From the NCBI GenBank assembly GCA_964599695.1, contig CAZRGP010000009.1, positions 1,019-65,018 of the forward strand: a stretch of 64,000 nucleotides of DNA, given 5' to 3'. Source of the DNA: an uncultured Faecalibacterium sp. (GTDB taxonomy: Bacteria > Bacillota > Clostridia > Oscillospirales > Ruminococcaceae). The first letter of the stretch is position 1; every line of letters begins with the position of its first letter. Of this stretch, positions 23,445-34,579 are shown one piece after another. Made by a program: the position numbers and the translations under genes. A model generated the notes under the pieces. That model did not search any database. It was not told where the DNA came from and saw only the letters and a program-made list of their open reading frames with translations.

Positions 23445-24635
23445 TCAGTCCTGATCGTTTCTGGGGGAATTCTTATTCTGGAGGATCTTGATGAAGTCAT
23501 CGAAATCCTCAATGCTCCATGTGGATGTGTCCTGCTTCGGAGCCTCCGGCTGAGGAGCGGGCTGAGGAGCAGGCTGCGGCGCCGGCTGGGGAGCGGGCTG
23601 AGTCTCTGCTGCAGGAGCCTCTTTTACCGGATCCGGAACATTTACGGGAGCGGGACTTGCTGAGGTCACCATTTCATCGAATCCGGTCGCGATGGCCGTG
23701 ATGCTCATCTCATCTTCCATGGTATCGCTGAACGCAACACCCCAAATGATGTTCGCCTCGGAGTCGGCTGCTTCCTTGAACATGTTCGCAGCAAGTTCCA
23801 CGTCATTCAGGTCGATATCCGCGGAAGCAATGATGTTGAGGATGATGCCCTTGGCTCCGTCGATCTTGGTCTCAAGCAGCGGGCTGTCGATAGCGGAAGT
23901 CGCTGCTACGCGCGCCTTGTCCTTGCCCTGTCCGCGGCCTACGCCCATGTGAGCGTATCCCATATTGCGCATGACGGATTCCACATCTGCGAAGTCCAGG
24001 TTGATGATACCGGGTACGTTGATGACATCGGAGATGCACTGTACGCCCTGACGGAGAATGTTGTCCGCCATGTCGAAAGCGTTCTTCAGGGTGATGGGCT
24101 CATCGGTCTCAAGCAGTTTGAGCCTGTCATTCGGGATGACGATGATGGAGTCAACATGCTTGCGAAGCTCAGCGATGCCCTGTTCCGCCACGCGCATCTT
24201 TCTGCGTCCTTCAAAGGAGAAGGGTTTCGTAACGATCGCGACGGTCAGGATGCCCTGCTCCTTTGCGACCTCGGCAACGATCGGAGCCGCGCCGGTTCCG
24301 GTGCCGCCGCCCATACCTGCCGTGACGAAGACCATGTTCGCGCCTTTGAGCGCTGCAGCGATCTCCTCTTTGCTCTCCTCAGCTGCGCGGCGTCCCTTCT
24401 CGGGATCTCCGCCGGCGCCGAGTCCGCGTGTCAGTTTATCGCCAAGCTGGAGTTTATATGTAGCCCGGCTGTATTTCAAGATCTGGCTGTCGGTATTCAT
24501 AGCGATCAGTTCAACGCCCTGAATGCCGGAATCGGCCATACGGTTGATCGCGTTGCCACCACCGCCGCCGACGCCAACTACTTTGATATTGATTTCATAT
24601 TGAATCTCATCGTCAAGAATAAAATTCATAGGCAT
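23445..24635 (-). CDS. ftsZ: Cell-division GTPase FtsZ
   Basis: GVGGGGGNA and [13 protein letters not shown] tubulin signature. (PAPQ)n linker. Conserved C-terminal peptide. Confidence 0.95.
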   Translation of the reverse strand: MPMNFILDDEIQYEINIKVVGVGGGGGNAINRMADSGIQGVELIAMNTDSQILKYSRATYKLQLGDKLTRGLGAGGDPEKGRRAAEESKEEIAAALKGANMVFVTAGMGGGTGTGAAPIVAEVAKEQGILTVAIVTKPFSFEGRRKMRVAEQGIAELRKHVDSIIVIPNDRLKLLETDEPITLKNAFDMADNILRQGVQCISDVINVPGIINLDFADVESVMRNMGYAHMGVGRGQGKDKARVAATSAIDSPLLETKIDGAKGIILNIIASADIDLNDVELAANMFKEAADSEANIIWGVAFSDTMEDEMSITAIATGFDEMVTSASPAPVNVPDPVKEAPAAETQPAPQPAPQPAPQPAPQPEAPKQDTSTWSIEDFDDFIKILQNKNSPRNDQD

Positions 24636-24696
24636 ATCCGGTACTTCCTTTACATGGATTGAGATGATTTACTTACTCACATTAGAATATAACATA

Positions 24697-24724
24697 ATAC
24701 ACCTGTCTTTTCAAACAGGTGTAT
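24697..24724 (-). other. 10-bp hairpin at the ftsQ stop, upstream of ftsZ
   Basis: ATACACCTGT-cttttcaa-ACAGGTGTAT. Confidence 0.4.
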
Positions 24725-25551
24725 CATCCGATTGTACAAACTTTTTTCTCAATTTGTCTGAAATCATCCTCAGACATAGGGGCGAATGTTGCCTTCCCTG
24801 CCACCGACAGATCCAGTTTCCCGCGGTCGGTAGGCTCAAGCTGATTGGTGACCATCTCCTCCAGCATCCGGATCTTTCTTTCAAGATTGCTGGATGTACC
24901 CAGAAGTGCGTAGATCCTGCCGTCGTAGACGATCTCCAGGTTCAGCCGATCTGAAACATTTACCGCGCTCGCACCGGAAAGAACGTGATATTTCTCCATC
25001 ATGTCTAGCAGCAGCTGCAGGTTCTCCACATGGATCATATCCTCATCTTCCAGCACTTTCCCGACCGATGTCTCGACAGGGGTGACTCCGTAGATCTCCA
25101 GCGCCTTCCCGGTATATCCCTCGGTGGTCCGGATGATGTCCAGTTCCCTCGAGAGGATCAGATAGCCGTTGCGCTGATAGGGTACCACAAGGGCGTTGTC
25201 CGCCTCCACGACCTGTATCGTGACCGTAGAAGGAAGTGTTCTCTTCACCGTGACCTTTGCCACATAAGGAAGTGTCCCTTCGATCTTTTTCTCTGCGCCT
25301 CTTGCGGTGAATCCGAACATGCTTCCGTTGATCCGTATCCCGGATGCCTCGGTAATCTCCTGCTTGGTGTAGATCTCCAGCGTTCCCTTCACATCGATGG
25401 TCTTGATGTGGAAAAACAAGGTGAACGTGACAGCGATGGCCGCAATGATCAACAGAAAAACAAGGACTGCAGCGATCCTGCGCAGCAGGAACTGAACTGC
25501 AATTCTCCCCTTTTTCTTTCGTTTTTCCCGTATCTCTTGATTCGCCATCAA
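24724..25551 (-). CDS. ftsQ: Cell-division protein FtsQ/DivIB (POTRA)
   Basis: 275 aa. Single N-terminal TM segment, POTRA-like region, position between murG and ftsZ. Confidence 0.8.
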   Translation of the reverse strand: MMANQEIREKRKKKGRIAVQFLLRRIAAVLVFLLIIAAIAVTFTLFFHIKTIDVKGTLEIYTKQEITEASGIRINGSMFGFTARGAEKKIEGTLPYVAKVTVKRTLPSTVTIQVVEADNALVVPYQRNGYLILSRELDIIRTTEGYTGKALEIYGVTPVETSVGKVLEDEDMIHVENLQLLLDMMEKYHVLSGASAVNVSDRLNLEIVYDGRIYALLGTSSNLERKIRMLEEMVTNQLEPTDRGKLDLSVAGKATFAPMSEDDFRQIEKKVCTIG

Positions 25552-26666
25552 TCTACCAAATCCAGGATCTCCCTGTACATCTGTCCGGCGGAATCCTTCA
25601 CGGCAATGGTCTTCGCGAGTTCACCCATCCGATGCAGGCTGTCCCTGTCATGAGCAAGTTCAAGGATGCGTTCCGCCGTACGGGCGTAATCCATCCCTTT
25701 CTCCTCCTCCACGACAGCGGCTCCCAGGTTGCCCAGGGTAAGCGCGTTGTAGTACTGGTGGTTCTCCGCGACATACGGGGACGGGATCAGATAAGATGCC
25801 CTTCCGACGGCAGCCAGTTCACTGATGGTGATCGCACCGCTTCTGCAGATCACAAGATCCGCTGCCGCGAGACAATCCGGCATATCATCGATGTACTGAC
25901 TAACTCTACATGAAAAATCGGAAGTGCTCAAGTGAAATTTCTCAAGCGCTTCATAGAATCCGTTGGTGTCGATCTCCCCCGTGGCGTGGATAAAGTACAG
26001 GGAATCGTCTCCCTTCGCTTTGGCGAAAACATTGGCCGCCACCTGATTGAGGGTGGACGAACCCAGTGATCCTCCGAAGGAGAGGATACACACCTTGTCC
26101 GCACTGATGCCCAGCCTTCCCCTTGCTTCCTCCCGGGAGATGCTCCCCACAGTAGCGGAAACGGGATTGCCGACGACAGTGGTCTTTTCCGGAAATCCCA
26201 GTTTTTCGGCAGCGTCCGCATTCGCTGCGAAGATGCGATCCGCCTTTTTGCTCAGCAGTCTGGATGTGACGCCGGGGAAGGAATTCTGTTCATGGATCGC
26301 CGTAGCGATGCCCAGATTCGCAGCTTCACGGACAACAGGTCCGGAAACATAGCCGCCAAACCCGATCACCAGATCGGGCTTTTCTTTTTTCAGAAGTGAC
26401 CTGCACCGTATCGAGGATACAGCGAGGCAATAGAGGGTCCTGAGGTTGTACCCGATATTGGAGAGGGACAGACTCCTCTTGAACCCGTGTATATCGATCG
26501 CAAAAAAACGGATACCGGCATTGGTGACCAGCCGATATTCCATTCCGTCTTCCCTGCCCACATAGATCACTTCGGTGTCCGGCCTTTCCGACCTCACCTT
26601 CTCGATGAATGCAAGCGCAGGATTGATATGTCCGGCGGTGCCGCCGGCTGCTACAACGATCTTCAT
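25548..26666 (-). CDS. murG: UDP-N-acetylglucosamine--N-acetylmuramyl-(pentapeptide) pyrophosphoryl-undecaprenol GlcNAc transferase
   Basis: MKIVVAAGGTAGHINPALA N-terminus, 372 aa, dcw context. Confidence 0.9.
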   Translation of the reverse strand: MKIVVAAGGTAGHINPALAFIEKVRSERPDTEVIYVGREDGMEYRLVTNAGIRFFAIDIHGFKRSLSLSNIGYNLRTLYCLAVSSIRCRSLLKKEKPDLVIGFGGYVSGPVVREAANLGIATAIHEQNSFPGVTSRLLSKKADRIFAANADAAEKLGFPEKTTVVGNPVSATVGSISREEARGRLGISADKVCILSFGGSLGSSTLNQVAANVFAKAKGDDSLYFIHATGEIDTNGFYEALEKFHLSTSDFSCRVSQYIDDMPDCLAAADLVICRSGAITISELAAVGRASYLIPSPYVAENHQYYNALTLGNLGAAVVEEEKGMDYARTAERILELAHDRDSLHRMGELAKTIAVKDSAGQMYREILDLVD

Positions 26667-26712
26667 GAACTGCGCCGCAAAACAGCGGTCGGCTCCTTTC
26701 GTTTCATTATAA

Positions 26713-27900
26713 TCAGTCCGTTTCCCTTTCTCTGCGGATCAGATCTCCGTAGGGATCCTCTTCATCCTCTTCAGGCTCCGGGATCGGGATATCCTCCCTG
26801 TCCTCCGTATACCTTGCGACAGAGAGCATCACGCCCACCTCACACAGAAGCAAAAACAAAGCTGTTCCCCCCTGACTGAAGAAAGGCAGACCGATACCCG
26901 TATTCGGAACCAAGGCGGTAACGACCGCAATATTGAGGCAAACCTGGATCGCGACCTGTGCCGTGATCCCCGCAGCCATCAGACATCCGAACTTGTCGGA
27001 AGCGCGCATCGCAATCTGAACTCCGCGCACCACGAAAGCGGCGAATAAAAGGACGATCAGAAGAGCTCCGATGAATCCCAGTTCCTCACAGATGATGGCA
27101 AAGATAAAGTCGTTCTGAGGCTCCGGAACATACAGTTGCTTCTGTCTGGAGTTCCCGAGACCCAGGCCGAACAGACCGCCGCTTCCGATGGCGATAAGGC
27201 CCTGAGTGATCTGATACGCATCGTCCGAGACATCTCCTCCCTGTGTGTTGGTGAGGATTCGCTCGATGGCGTACCGGTACCGCTCGGAAGTCATGACGAG
27301 AAGCGCGACAGCGGGAATGACCATGGCTCCTCCCGCGAAGAAGAAGCGTAGTTTACAGCCGCCGAAGAATAGGACCGACATCCCGATCAGGAAGATAAGG
27401 ATGGTTCCGGAGAGGTGGGGCTGATTCAGTGTGACGGCAAAGACCAGTCCCAAAATGATCAGGAATCGGATAAAACCGTATTTAAAATCCTCCATATGCT
27501 CCGGCTTCACCGATATCAGGTGAGAGAAGAGCAGGACAATGGTGAACTTTACCAGCTCCGAAGGCTGGAAAGTAAATCCTCCGATAATGATCCAGCGCTT
27601 GGCGTTGTTGATGGGAGGCATTGCCAGCGTAATGACCAGAAGCACATAGGAAACAAGAAAGAATATCCAGGCAAAATGGTGAAGGACATGGTACGGGATA
27701 TAGGAGATGATGATCATACCAATGAAACCGGCGATGGCGAACACCGCCTGTCTCTTGATGTAGTAGAACCCGTCCCCTTTCATATAGAGGGCATGAGAAA
27801 ACCCGGCGGAGAACATCATAACAAGGCCGACTATCGTAAGGATGGTAGTCAGCAGAAGGAGCGTCCTGTCCGTTTTTCTGATTCCGATGTTTTCTTTCAA
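26713..27900 (-). CDS. ftsW: SEDS-family peptidoglycan glycosyltransferase FtsW/SpoVE
   Basis: Polytopic membrane protein. FQPSELVKF and PEPQNDFIF motifs. Confidence 0.85.
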   Translation of the reverse strand: MKENIGIRKTDRTLLLLTTILTIVGLVMMFSAGFSHALYMKGDGFYYIKRQAVFAIAGFIGMIIISYIPYHVLHHFAWIFFLVSYVLLVITLAMPPINNAKRWIIIGGFTFQPSELVKFTIVLLFSHLISVKPEHMEDFKYGFIRFLIILGLVFAVTLNQPHLSGTILIFLIGMSVLFFGGCKLRFFFAGGAMVIPAVALLVMTSERYRYAIERILTNTQGGDVSDDAYQITQGLIAIGSGGLFGLGLGNSRQKQLYVPEPQNDFIFAIICEELGFIGALLIVLLFAAFVVRGVQIAMRASDKFGCLMAAGITAQVAIQVCLNIAVVTALVPNTGIGLPFFSQGGTALFLLLCEVGVMLSVARYTEDREDIPIPEPEEDEEDPYGDLIRRERETD

Positions 27901-27936
27901 ATCACTGTACCTTGTTTATCTGTCTATTCCCGTGTC

Positions 27937-28950
27937 TTACGCCGTGACCGCAGAGAGGACTGAGAGTCCGGTCCCGATCAGCGCGACGATGCAGAAGACA
28001 AGAATGATCTTCTCCTCAGACCAGCCGCACATCTCAAAGTGGTGGTGGATCGGAGCCATCTTGAAGATGCGTTTTCCGTGTGTCGCTCTGAAATAGGCGA
28101 ACTGAATGATATCAGAAGCTGCCTCGCAGACATAGACGATACCGGAGAGCAGCATGAGCAGCTGCATGGAAACGCCAAAGGACATGGCGACGACAGCACC
28201 GCCTAGGAACATGGAACCTGTATCCCCCATGAACACGCGGGCAGGCTTGAAGTTCCAGAAGAGGAAGCCGATGAGTGAAGCGGCAAGAGCGGTGGAGAAC
28301 AAAGTGGTTCCCGCATATCCGAGATAGGCGGAGATGACCAGGAAACCCAGCGTCACGACAAAGGTGACCGATGTTGCCAGTCCGTCCAGACCGTCGGTGA
28401 GATTGACCGAGTTGACGATCCCGACGATGCTGAAGATCATGAGCGGATAGTAGAACCATCCGAAATCAAATCTCCCGACAAAGGGGATCATCAATGTGGT
28501 GTCGCATTCGCCGTACCGGTTCATCAGGAAGGTGTAGATGCCGGCAACAACGACCTGAAGAACGATCTTCTGCCAGGGCGTGAGGCCAAGGTTCTGCTTG
28601 TGGCTGATCTTCTCGAAGTCATCCAGAAAACCGATCAGCGAGAAAGCGATGGCAATGAAGAAGGAGGAGATGAGCCGGAAGTTCTCCGCGGCGTACTGCG
28701 TGGACAGGAACTGCGGCGCTTCCAGAACCATGGAGACATACCCCACGACGATGGCGCAGAAGGTTCCGGTGATAAACATCAGGCCGCCCATCGTAGGTGT
28801 TCCTTCCTTATATTTGTGCCAGGTGGGTCCGATATCGTTGATGGTCTGGCCGTATTTGATCTTCTTCAACCAGGGGATCATCCAGTATCCCAGCACCATC
28901 GTGACACATAAGCCGACAAAAGCGGCGGCAAAAATAGACGTTCTCTCCAT
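27937..28950 (-). CDS. mraY: Phospho-N-acetylmuramoyl-pentapeptide transferase
   Basis: TPTMGGL, NLTDGLDGLA, MGDTGS, HHHFE motifs. Start chosen at MERTSIF, after the murF stop. Confidence 0.9.
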   Translation of the reverse strand: MERTSIFAAAFVGLCVTMVLGYWMIPWLKKIKYGQTINDIGPTWHKYKEGTPTMGGLMFITGTFCAIVVGYVSMVLEAPQFLSTQYAAENFRLISSFFIAIAFSLIGFLDDFEKISHKQNLGLTPWQKIVLQVVVAGIYTFLMNRYGECDTTLMIPFVGRFDFGWFYYPLMIFSIVGIVNSVNLTDGLDGLATSVTFVVTLGFLVISAYLGYAGTTLFSTALAASLIGFLFWNFKPARVFMGDTGSMFLGGAVVAMSFGVSMQLLMLLSGIVYVCEAASDIIQFAYFRATHGKRIFKMAPIHHHFEMCGWSEEKIILVFCIVALIGTGLSVLSAVTA

Positions 28951-28958
28951 ATCGTCAA

Positions 28959-30332
28959 TCAATCCTTGTAGAATTTTTCCATAATATCCTCGAGAGCCAT
29001 TCCTCTCGACGCCTTGAATAATACCATATCCCCGGCGTGAGCGCACTCCCTGAGGTAATCTGCGATCTCCATCTTGTCCTCAAAGTGGCGCACACAGGAG
29101 ACACCGGCCTCGGCAGCCGTTTCCGCCGCAAGCTTCATTTTCTCGCCGCAGCACAGCAGAATGTCCAGTCCCAGTGTTCCCGCGAGGACTCCGGTCTTGC
29201 GGTGGGCGTCATCAGAGATGTCACCCAGCTCCAGCATATCGCCGAGAACAGCAATCTTGATCCCGTTGCAGGGAAGATCCGCCAGTGTTTTCAGGGACGC
29301 CTCCATGGAGTCCGGGTTTGCGTTGTAGCAGTCCTCGATGACGGTGATCCCCCGGACAGTGCGGAATCTCTGACGCATGCCGGAAGGCGCGTACTCGGAT
29401 AAAGCGGAGGCGCATGTACCCGGTTCCAGACCAAGTCTGGTCGCCAGGGTGTAAGCCGCCAGGGCGTCCTTCACCGCATGGATCCCGGAGCACGGGATGG
29501 TCACGTAGAAGGATCCGTGTTCCTTGTCACGGATGGTAAAAGTGCTCGGGAAAGTCTTGCAGGAGATCTCCCTCGCTGTGACATCACAGGAATCGTTATC
29601 CACCGCAAAAGTGGCTACGCGGCAGGTCAGGCTGTCGCGGACACTGTTGAGGAAAGGATCGTCCCCGTTGAGCACCAGCAGTCCGTCCGCCGGCATTCCG
29701 TCCAGGATCTCCATCTTCGCCTTGAGGATGTTCTCCTGGCTTCCCAGCATCTCAATATGGGAGACGCCGATGCAGGTGATGATCCCCGCGTAGGGCATCG
29801 CGCAGCGGGAAAGCCTGCTGATCTCGCCCAGGGCGCTCATTCCCATCTCAAACACGGCAAGTTCCGTGCTCTCATCCAGTTTCAGCACCGTTTCGGGCAG
29901 ACCGATCTCGTTGTTCCGGTTTCCCTCATTCTTCAGTGTTTTTCCGAATTTGCTCAGGATCGCAGCGACCATCTCCTTGGTGGTCGTTTTTCCTACGCTT
30001 CCGGTCACGCCGACAACGAGAGGATGGAATTGTTTCCTGTAGTTGCATGCCATGGCGCTGTAGGCGTCCAGGGTGTTGGGAACCCAGATGCAGCGGTCAT
30101 CGTCGAAGTGTCTGGAGACAACGGCAGCGGCAGCGCCTTTCTCAAGCGCTTCCATGACGAAATCGTTTCCGTCGAACCGCTCACCGACGACAGCGATGAA
30201 CACACATCCTTTCTCGATCTTTCTGGAATCGGTGGTGATGCAGTTTACCGGGAGATCCGGATAAGCCGTCTCTGCCACTCCCTCCAGCAGTTTTCCCAAT
30301 GTAGTCGTTACCATATCATTTCTCCTGAGCAA
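28959..30332 (-). CDS. murF: UDP-N-acetylmuramoyl-tripeptide--D-alanyl-D-alanine ligase
   Basis: VGVTGSVGKTTTKEM P-loop, 457 aa, dcw context. Confidence 0.9.
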   Translation of the reverse strand: MLRRNDMVTTTLGKLLEGVAETAYPDLPVNCITTDSRKIEKGCVFIAVVGERFDGNDFVMEALEKGAAAAVVSRHFDDDRCIWVPNTLDAYSAMACNYRKQFHPLVVGVTGSVGKTTTKEMVAAILSKFGKTLKNEGNRNNEIGLPETVLKLDESTELAVFEMGMSALGEISRLSRCAMPYAGIITCIGVSHIEMLGSQENILKAKMEILDGMPADGLLVLNGDDPFLNSVRDSLTCRVATFAVDNDSCDVTAREISCKTFPSTFTIRDKEHGSFYVTIPCSGIHAVKDALAAYTLATRLGLEPGTCASALSEYAPSGMRQRFRTVRGITVIEDCYNANPDSMEASLKTLADLPCNGIKIAVLGDMLELGDISDDAHRKTGVLAGTLGLDILLCCGEKMKLAAETAAEAGVSCVRHFEDKMEIADYLRECAHAGDMVLFKASRGMALEDIMEKFYKD

Positions 30333-31755
30333 AATAATCTCTTACGATGCGTCTCTCATCCAGGTACACCGTATAACCGTCGATGACCTGATAGTCCTCA
30401 TGCCCTTTGCAGCAAAGGACGAATACATCCCCCTCCCTTAGCACCGAAAGGATGTGGTGGATCGCGTAATAGCGGTCGGGGATCAGTATATACGGGATCT
30501 TTCTGTCTGTGAAGATCGGTTCCAGCTCCCGCATGATATCGAAGGGATCCTCGTCCCTGGGGTTGTCGGAACTGAGGACGGCAACATCTGCGTAGTCCGC
30601 GATGGCGTTGGCCATCTTTACCCTTTTGGTCTTGTCCCTTCTTCCCGCACAGCCGAACAGCACCATCAGGCGCCCGTCTGTCACATAAGGTTTGATGCTG
30701 GAAAGAAGTTTGGTCAGTGCGTCGTCGGTGTGGGCATAGTCACCGATCACGGTGCACTTTCCCCTGTGAAGAATCTCGCATCTCCCGCTCACTCCCCTGG
30801 TGGCAGATACGCCCTCTGCGGCTGTTTCCAGGTCACCGACCTCCCTGTCCACCGCAGCGATGCAAGCGAGGGCGTTGTAGACCGAAAACCTTCCGGGAAG
30901 CGGGACCGAGCAAACGGCTGTCCTGTCACCGGATCTTACCGTAAACTCGGACTGTCCGATGGTCAATCTGAGATCCTCCGCCCTGAAATGCGCCTCTTCG
31001 CAATCGATAGCATAACCTACTTTGGAGCAGGTCGCCCGGGCGAAGAGTTCCTTCCCCCGAGGATCATCCAGATTGATGACCGCGTAATCGCATTGTCCGA
31101 AGAGAATGCATTTCGCCTCGAAATAGGCGTCCATCGTTTTGTGATAATCCAGGTGGTCCTGGGAAAGATTGGTGAAGATGGCGGTAGAGAAGTGCAGATC
31201 ACTGAGCCTTCTCTGTTCAAGAGCCTGTGAGGAGGCTTCCATGACCACATACTCACATCCGGAATCGGCCATGGTGCGAAGGATCATCTCCATGTCCCAG
31301 GGCTCCGGAGTGGTGAACTTGGCGGGAAGGATCAGGTCTCCCGCCTCTACGCCGATGGTCCCGATGAGTCCGGCCTTCTTGCCGCACGCCTCAAGGGACT
31401 GTTTGATCACGTTGGCGATGGTGGTCTTCCCGTTGGTGCCGGTGACCGCGATGAGCTTCAGGGAATCCTGGGGACGCCCGAAGAAGTTGGAGCAAAGCAC
31501 GGCCAGGGCCGCTCTCGTATCCTCCACGATGATCTCCTGGCTCAGCCCGAGGGAATGGTCTACAACGACGGCTGCAGCTCCTCTTTCCAGGCAGGACTGT
31601 GCGGCGCTGTGGCCGTCAAATCTGGCTCCCCTGATGCATACGAAAAGGGAGCCCTCCTTCACCATGCGGGAGTCGGAGACAATATCGGATACCTCGGTCT
31701 CCGGGGAATAGTTTCCGGATACCTTCATCCCACTCAGAAGTTTACTCAGTTTCAT
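30316..31755 (-). CDS. murE: UDP-N-acetylmuramoyl-L-alanyl-D-glutamate--2,6-diaminopimelate (or L-lysine) ligase
   Basis: IAVTGTNGKTT P-loop and DNPRDEDP motif. Confidence 0.9.
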   Translation of the reverse strand: MKLSKLLSGMKVSGNYSPETEVSDIVSDSRMVKEGSLFVCIRGARFDGHSAAQSCLERGAAAVVVDHSLGLSQEIIVEDTRAALAVLCSNFFGRPQDSLKLIAVTGTNGKTTIANVIKQSLEACGKKAGLIGTIGVEAGDLILPAKFTTPEPWDMEMILRTMADSGCEYVVMEASSQALEQRRLSDLHFSTAIFTNLSQDHLDYHKTMDAYFEAKCILFGQCDYAVINLDDPRGKELFARATCSKVGYAIDCEEAHFRAEDLRLTIGQSEFTVRSGDRTAVCSVPLPGRFSVYNALACIAAVDREVGDLETAAEGVSATRGVSGRCEILHRGKCTVIGDYAHTDDALTKLLSSIKPYVTDGRLMVLFGCAGRRDKTKRVKMANAIADYADVAVLSSDNPRDEDPFDIMRELEPIFTDRKIPYILIPDRYYAIHHILSVLREGDVFVLCCKGHEDYQVIDGYTVYLDERRIVRDYFAQEK

Positions 31756-31766
31756 CGCTTCCGCCT

Positions 31767-34049
31767 TTAATCGTTGATGTTCTTGTTTACGAAGTCCACG
31801 GTGATGACCGTTCCCTCCCTCACGGTGGCGCCTGCCTCATAATCCTGCGAGACCGCCACTGCGGAGGAGGAACTGGAACCGCTGACGGCAAGGTTCAGTC
31901 CCAGAGATGCGAACAGAGATTTCACGTAGCTGACGGATCTTCCGTTCACATCCGGAACATCGATATATTTTGCCTCCGTCTCATCGGTATAGATGAATAC
32001 GGTGGAACCTTTCGGGAGTGAGGTGCTGCCCACGGGGTACTGGTCCACGACCTTCTGGCCGTCACCGATGACCTCCGCGTTCAGTCCGCGTTTCTGCATC
32101 TGCGCCCTTGCGCTGGTCAGGGAGTAATCCATGACGTTCGGCACATAAGTACCCACCGTCTCGACCTCATCCTCCTTGTACACGGCTTCGACGCCCAGAT
32201 ACGGGAGAACTTCGGACATGACAGAGGCAACGATAGGAGCAACGATAACACCGCCGTACCGGGAATAACTGTATGCTCCGTCCAGAAGGATAAGGCACGC
32301 AACCTCCGGGTCGTCCGCCGGAGCAAATGCGCAGAAGGATGCGACATACTCTCCTTCCTTACCGTTTAGTTTTTCCGCCGTACCGCTCTTTCCGCCGAGA
32401 CGGAATCCGGCAACATAGGCGTTCTGTCCGTTGGATGTCTCAACGACCTGTTCCAGAATGTCCCGCATGGTGGCGGAGATCTCCTGGGAGATGACCTGCC
32501 TCTTCACGACTGTGTCATGGTCCTCGACGATGTTCCCCGAGGAGTCCAGGATCTGCTGGACCACATAGGGCTGCACCAGATAACCGCCGTTTACACAGGC
32601 GGAGAACGCGGTGATCATCTGAAGAGGCGTGATAGCGTTGGACTGTCCGAAGGAACAGCTGGCAAGTTCGACGACTCCCATGGTCTTGTCGGTGTAGTAT
32701 ACGCTGTTTCCCTCTCCGGGGAGATCCACTCCCGTCTTCTCGGTGAGTCCGTAGGCTTTGAAATAGTTATAGAATGAGGTCTTGCCGAGCCTCTTTCCGA
32801 TCTCGATAAAAGCGGGGTTGCAGGAGTTGATTACCGCGTGGGTGAAGTCCTCTTCCCCGTGGCCCTGCGTGATGGCGCAGTGCATGATGATGTCCGGCGT
32901 GACCTGGACACCGCCGTAGCAATAGAAAGTATCGCTGAGAGAACACGCACCGGTCTCCAGCGCAGCGGATGCCGTGACGACCTTGAAGACGGAGCCGGGC
33001 TCGTAGATGTCCGAGATCGCCTTGTTGTTCCACTGGTTGTGCTGAGCAGCGGACAGAGCATCCAGATAGATATCGTTCAGGGATTTCTGCTCCTCATCCT
33101 CTCCTTCTTCACCGCCCGTTTCGGTCTGTCCCACGGATGAAGCGGCATCCTCCAGGATAGCGTTGATCTGATCGATGGTGGCCTGATCGGTGATCTCCAG
33201 AGGCGTATTGGGATCAAAGTCCGGCTTGGTGGCCATGGCATAGATGGCACCGGTGTTGACGTTCATGATGATGCCGCAGGCATAGTTCTTTACGTTGTGC
33301 TCCACACGGGCTTCCTCGAGAGCCTGTTCCAGAGTCCGCTGGATCTCGGCGTCGATGGTGAGGACCAGACTGTTGCCGTCGATGGCGTCCGTCAGGGTCT
33401 CGTGCTCGTAGTACATATTCTTTCCGTATGCGTTCACCGCGGTAAGGGTCCTGCCCGGCGTTCCGGACAGAACAGTGTCATAGTAAGACTCCAGTCCGTA
33501 GAGACCGTTGTTGTCGGTCCCGACGAAGCCTAGCACCTGCGCGGCGAAGTTTCCGTAGGGGTAATACCGCTTGGTGTCCTCCGTGAACTGGATGCCGGCG
33601 ATATCGTTCTTGTCGATGAAAGCCTGGATCTCGTCCACTATGGGTTTGTCCACCTTGCGCTTGAGAATGGAATAATAGTTGTCCCCCTTGCACTTCTCAA
33701 GAACGGTCTCGTAAGTGAGATCGAGTTTTTCGGACAAAAAAGAAGCGATGCGGTCATAGTTTTCCTCGTCTATACGTATGGGAGCAAGCGCGACGGTCCA
33801 TACCGTTGCGCTTCTCGCGAGGATATTCATGTTCGCATCGTAAATGATGCCCCTCTCAGCCGCTACCACGCTGTCGCGCAGCTGCTGGGAGGAAGCACGT
33901 TCCGTATAATACCGATTCTGTATGATCGTAAGATACGCAAGACGCCCAATGATAATACCAAAAAAGAGAATAAATGCCATTGCCAGGGCAAGTATCCTCT
34001 TTTTTATCAAACTGGTTACTACCTTGCGTTCCTGTTTTTTCGAATTCAT
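31767..34049 (-). CDS. Class B penicillin-binding protein (FtsI/PBP2B/SpoVD-like) with C-terminal PASTA domains
   Basis: 760 aa. N-terminal TM segment, SVFK (SxxK) and KSGTA motifs, two PASTA-like repeats at the C-terminus. Confidence 0.9.
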   Translation of the reverse strand: MNSKKQERKVVTSLIKKRILALAMAFILFFGIIIGRLAYLTIIQNRYYTERASSQQLRDSVVAAERGIIYDANMNILARSATVWTVALAPIRIDEENYDRIASFLSEKLDLTYETVLEKCKGDNYYSILKRKVDKPIVDEIQAFIDKNDIAGIQFTEDTKRYYPYGNFAAQVLGFVGTDNNGLYGLESYYDTVLSGTPGRTLTAVNAYGKNMYYEHETLTDAIDGNSLVLTIDAEIQRTLEQALEEARVEHNVKNYACGIIMNVNTGAIYAMATKPDFDPNTPLEITDQATIDQINAILEDAASSVGQTETGGEEGEDEEQKSLNDIYLDALSAAQHNQWNNKAISDIYEPGSVFKVVTASAALETGACSLSDTFYCYGGVQVTPDIIMHCAITQGHGEEDFTHAVINSCNPAFIEIGKRLGKTSFYNYFKAYGLTEKTGVDLPGEGNSVYYTDKTMGVVELASCSFGQSNAITPLQMITAFSACVNGGYLVQPYVVQQILDSSGNIVEDHDTVVKRQVISQEISATMRDILEQVVETSNGQNAYVAGFRLGGKSGTAEKLNGKEGEYVASFCAFAPADDPEVACLILLDGAYSYSRYGGVIVAPIVASVMSEVLPYLGVEAVYKEDEVETVGTYVPNVMDYSLTSARAQMQKRGLNAEVIGDGQKVVDQYPVGSTSLPKGSTVFIYTDETEAKYIDVPDVNGRSVSYVKSLFASLGLNLAVSGSSSSSAVAVSQDYEAGATVREGTVITVDFVNKNIND

Positions 34050-34095
34050 TCCGTTCTCCCGCCTGAGTGATGTCTTTGCAGGTAACGGTATCGCA

Positions 34096-34563
34096 TCACG
34101 GATTGAACCAATCCATTACCGTAGTCAAAAACGCAAACATCGACCTGTCATTTGTTACCGGATCCTCGGTAACGATCACGTTATCATTCTCCAGATTCAC
34201 GTACTCGATCTGCGCCGAGTCGAGCTTGATGAGTCCAAGCTCATTCTGGGCGTATTCCTCCGCGCTCTTGTAGGAGATGAAACTCTCGATCTGGTAATCG
34301 AGATAGATGTTCTCACTCTGGATCTCGACCAGTTCAGCGCTTCGGTTGGTGATCTGGGACTTAACTTTTGTAAGCAGCAAATTGCTGTACACAGTATACA
34401 CTGCGAGCGAAATGACCGCAATGCTGAGAACCACGAGCTGCACGACGAACTTCCGGTCTTCGGCGGATCTCGCCTTGTTGTGCGTCTCCGCTACCTTGAC
34501 CGGTTGCCTCGCCGGAGCAGTCTCCGCGAAACGATTCAGATCATATGCTACACTGGTCGCCAT
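34096..34563 (-). CDS. ftsL: FtsL-like septum formation initiator
   Basis: Single TM segment plus coiled coil; located between rsmH and the PBP gene. Confidence 0.6.
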   Translation of the reverse strand: MATSVAYDLNRFAETAPARQPVKVAETHNKARSAEDRKFVVQLVVLSIAVISLAVYTVYSNLLLTKVKSQITNRSAELVEIQSENIYLDYQIESFISYKSAEEYAQNELGLIKLDSAQIEYVNLENDNVIVTEDPVTNDRSMFAFLTTVMDWFNP

Positions 34564-34579
34564 ATTAACCCCTTTATTC

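Noticed and set aside
23520-23620. Tandem 12-nt repeats that might look like a repeat array. A similar GCTGC-rich stretch lies at 58800-58930.
   Set aside because: They are in frame inside ftsZ ((PAPQ)n C-terminal linker) and the BCCP gene (Ala/Pro linker). These are ordinary low-complexity linkers. No CRISPR-like repeat-spacer structure exists anywhere in the window.
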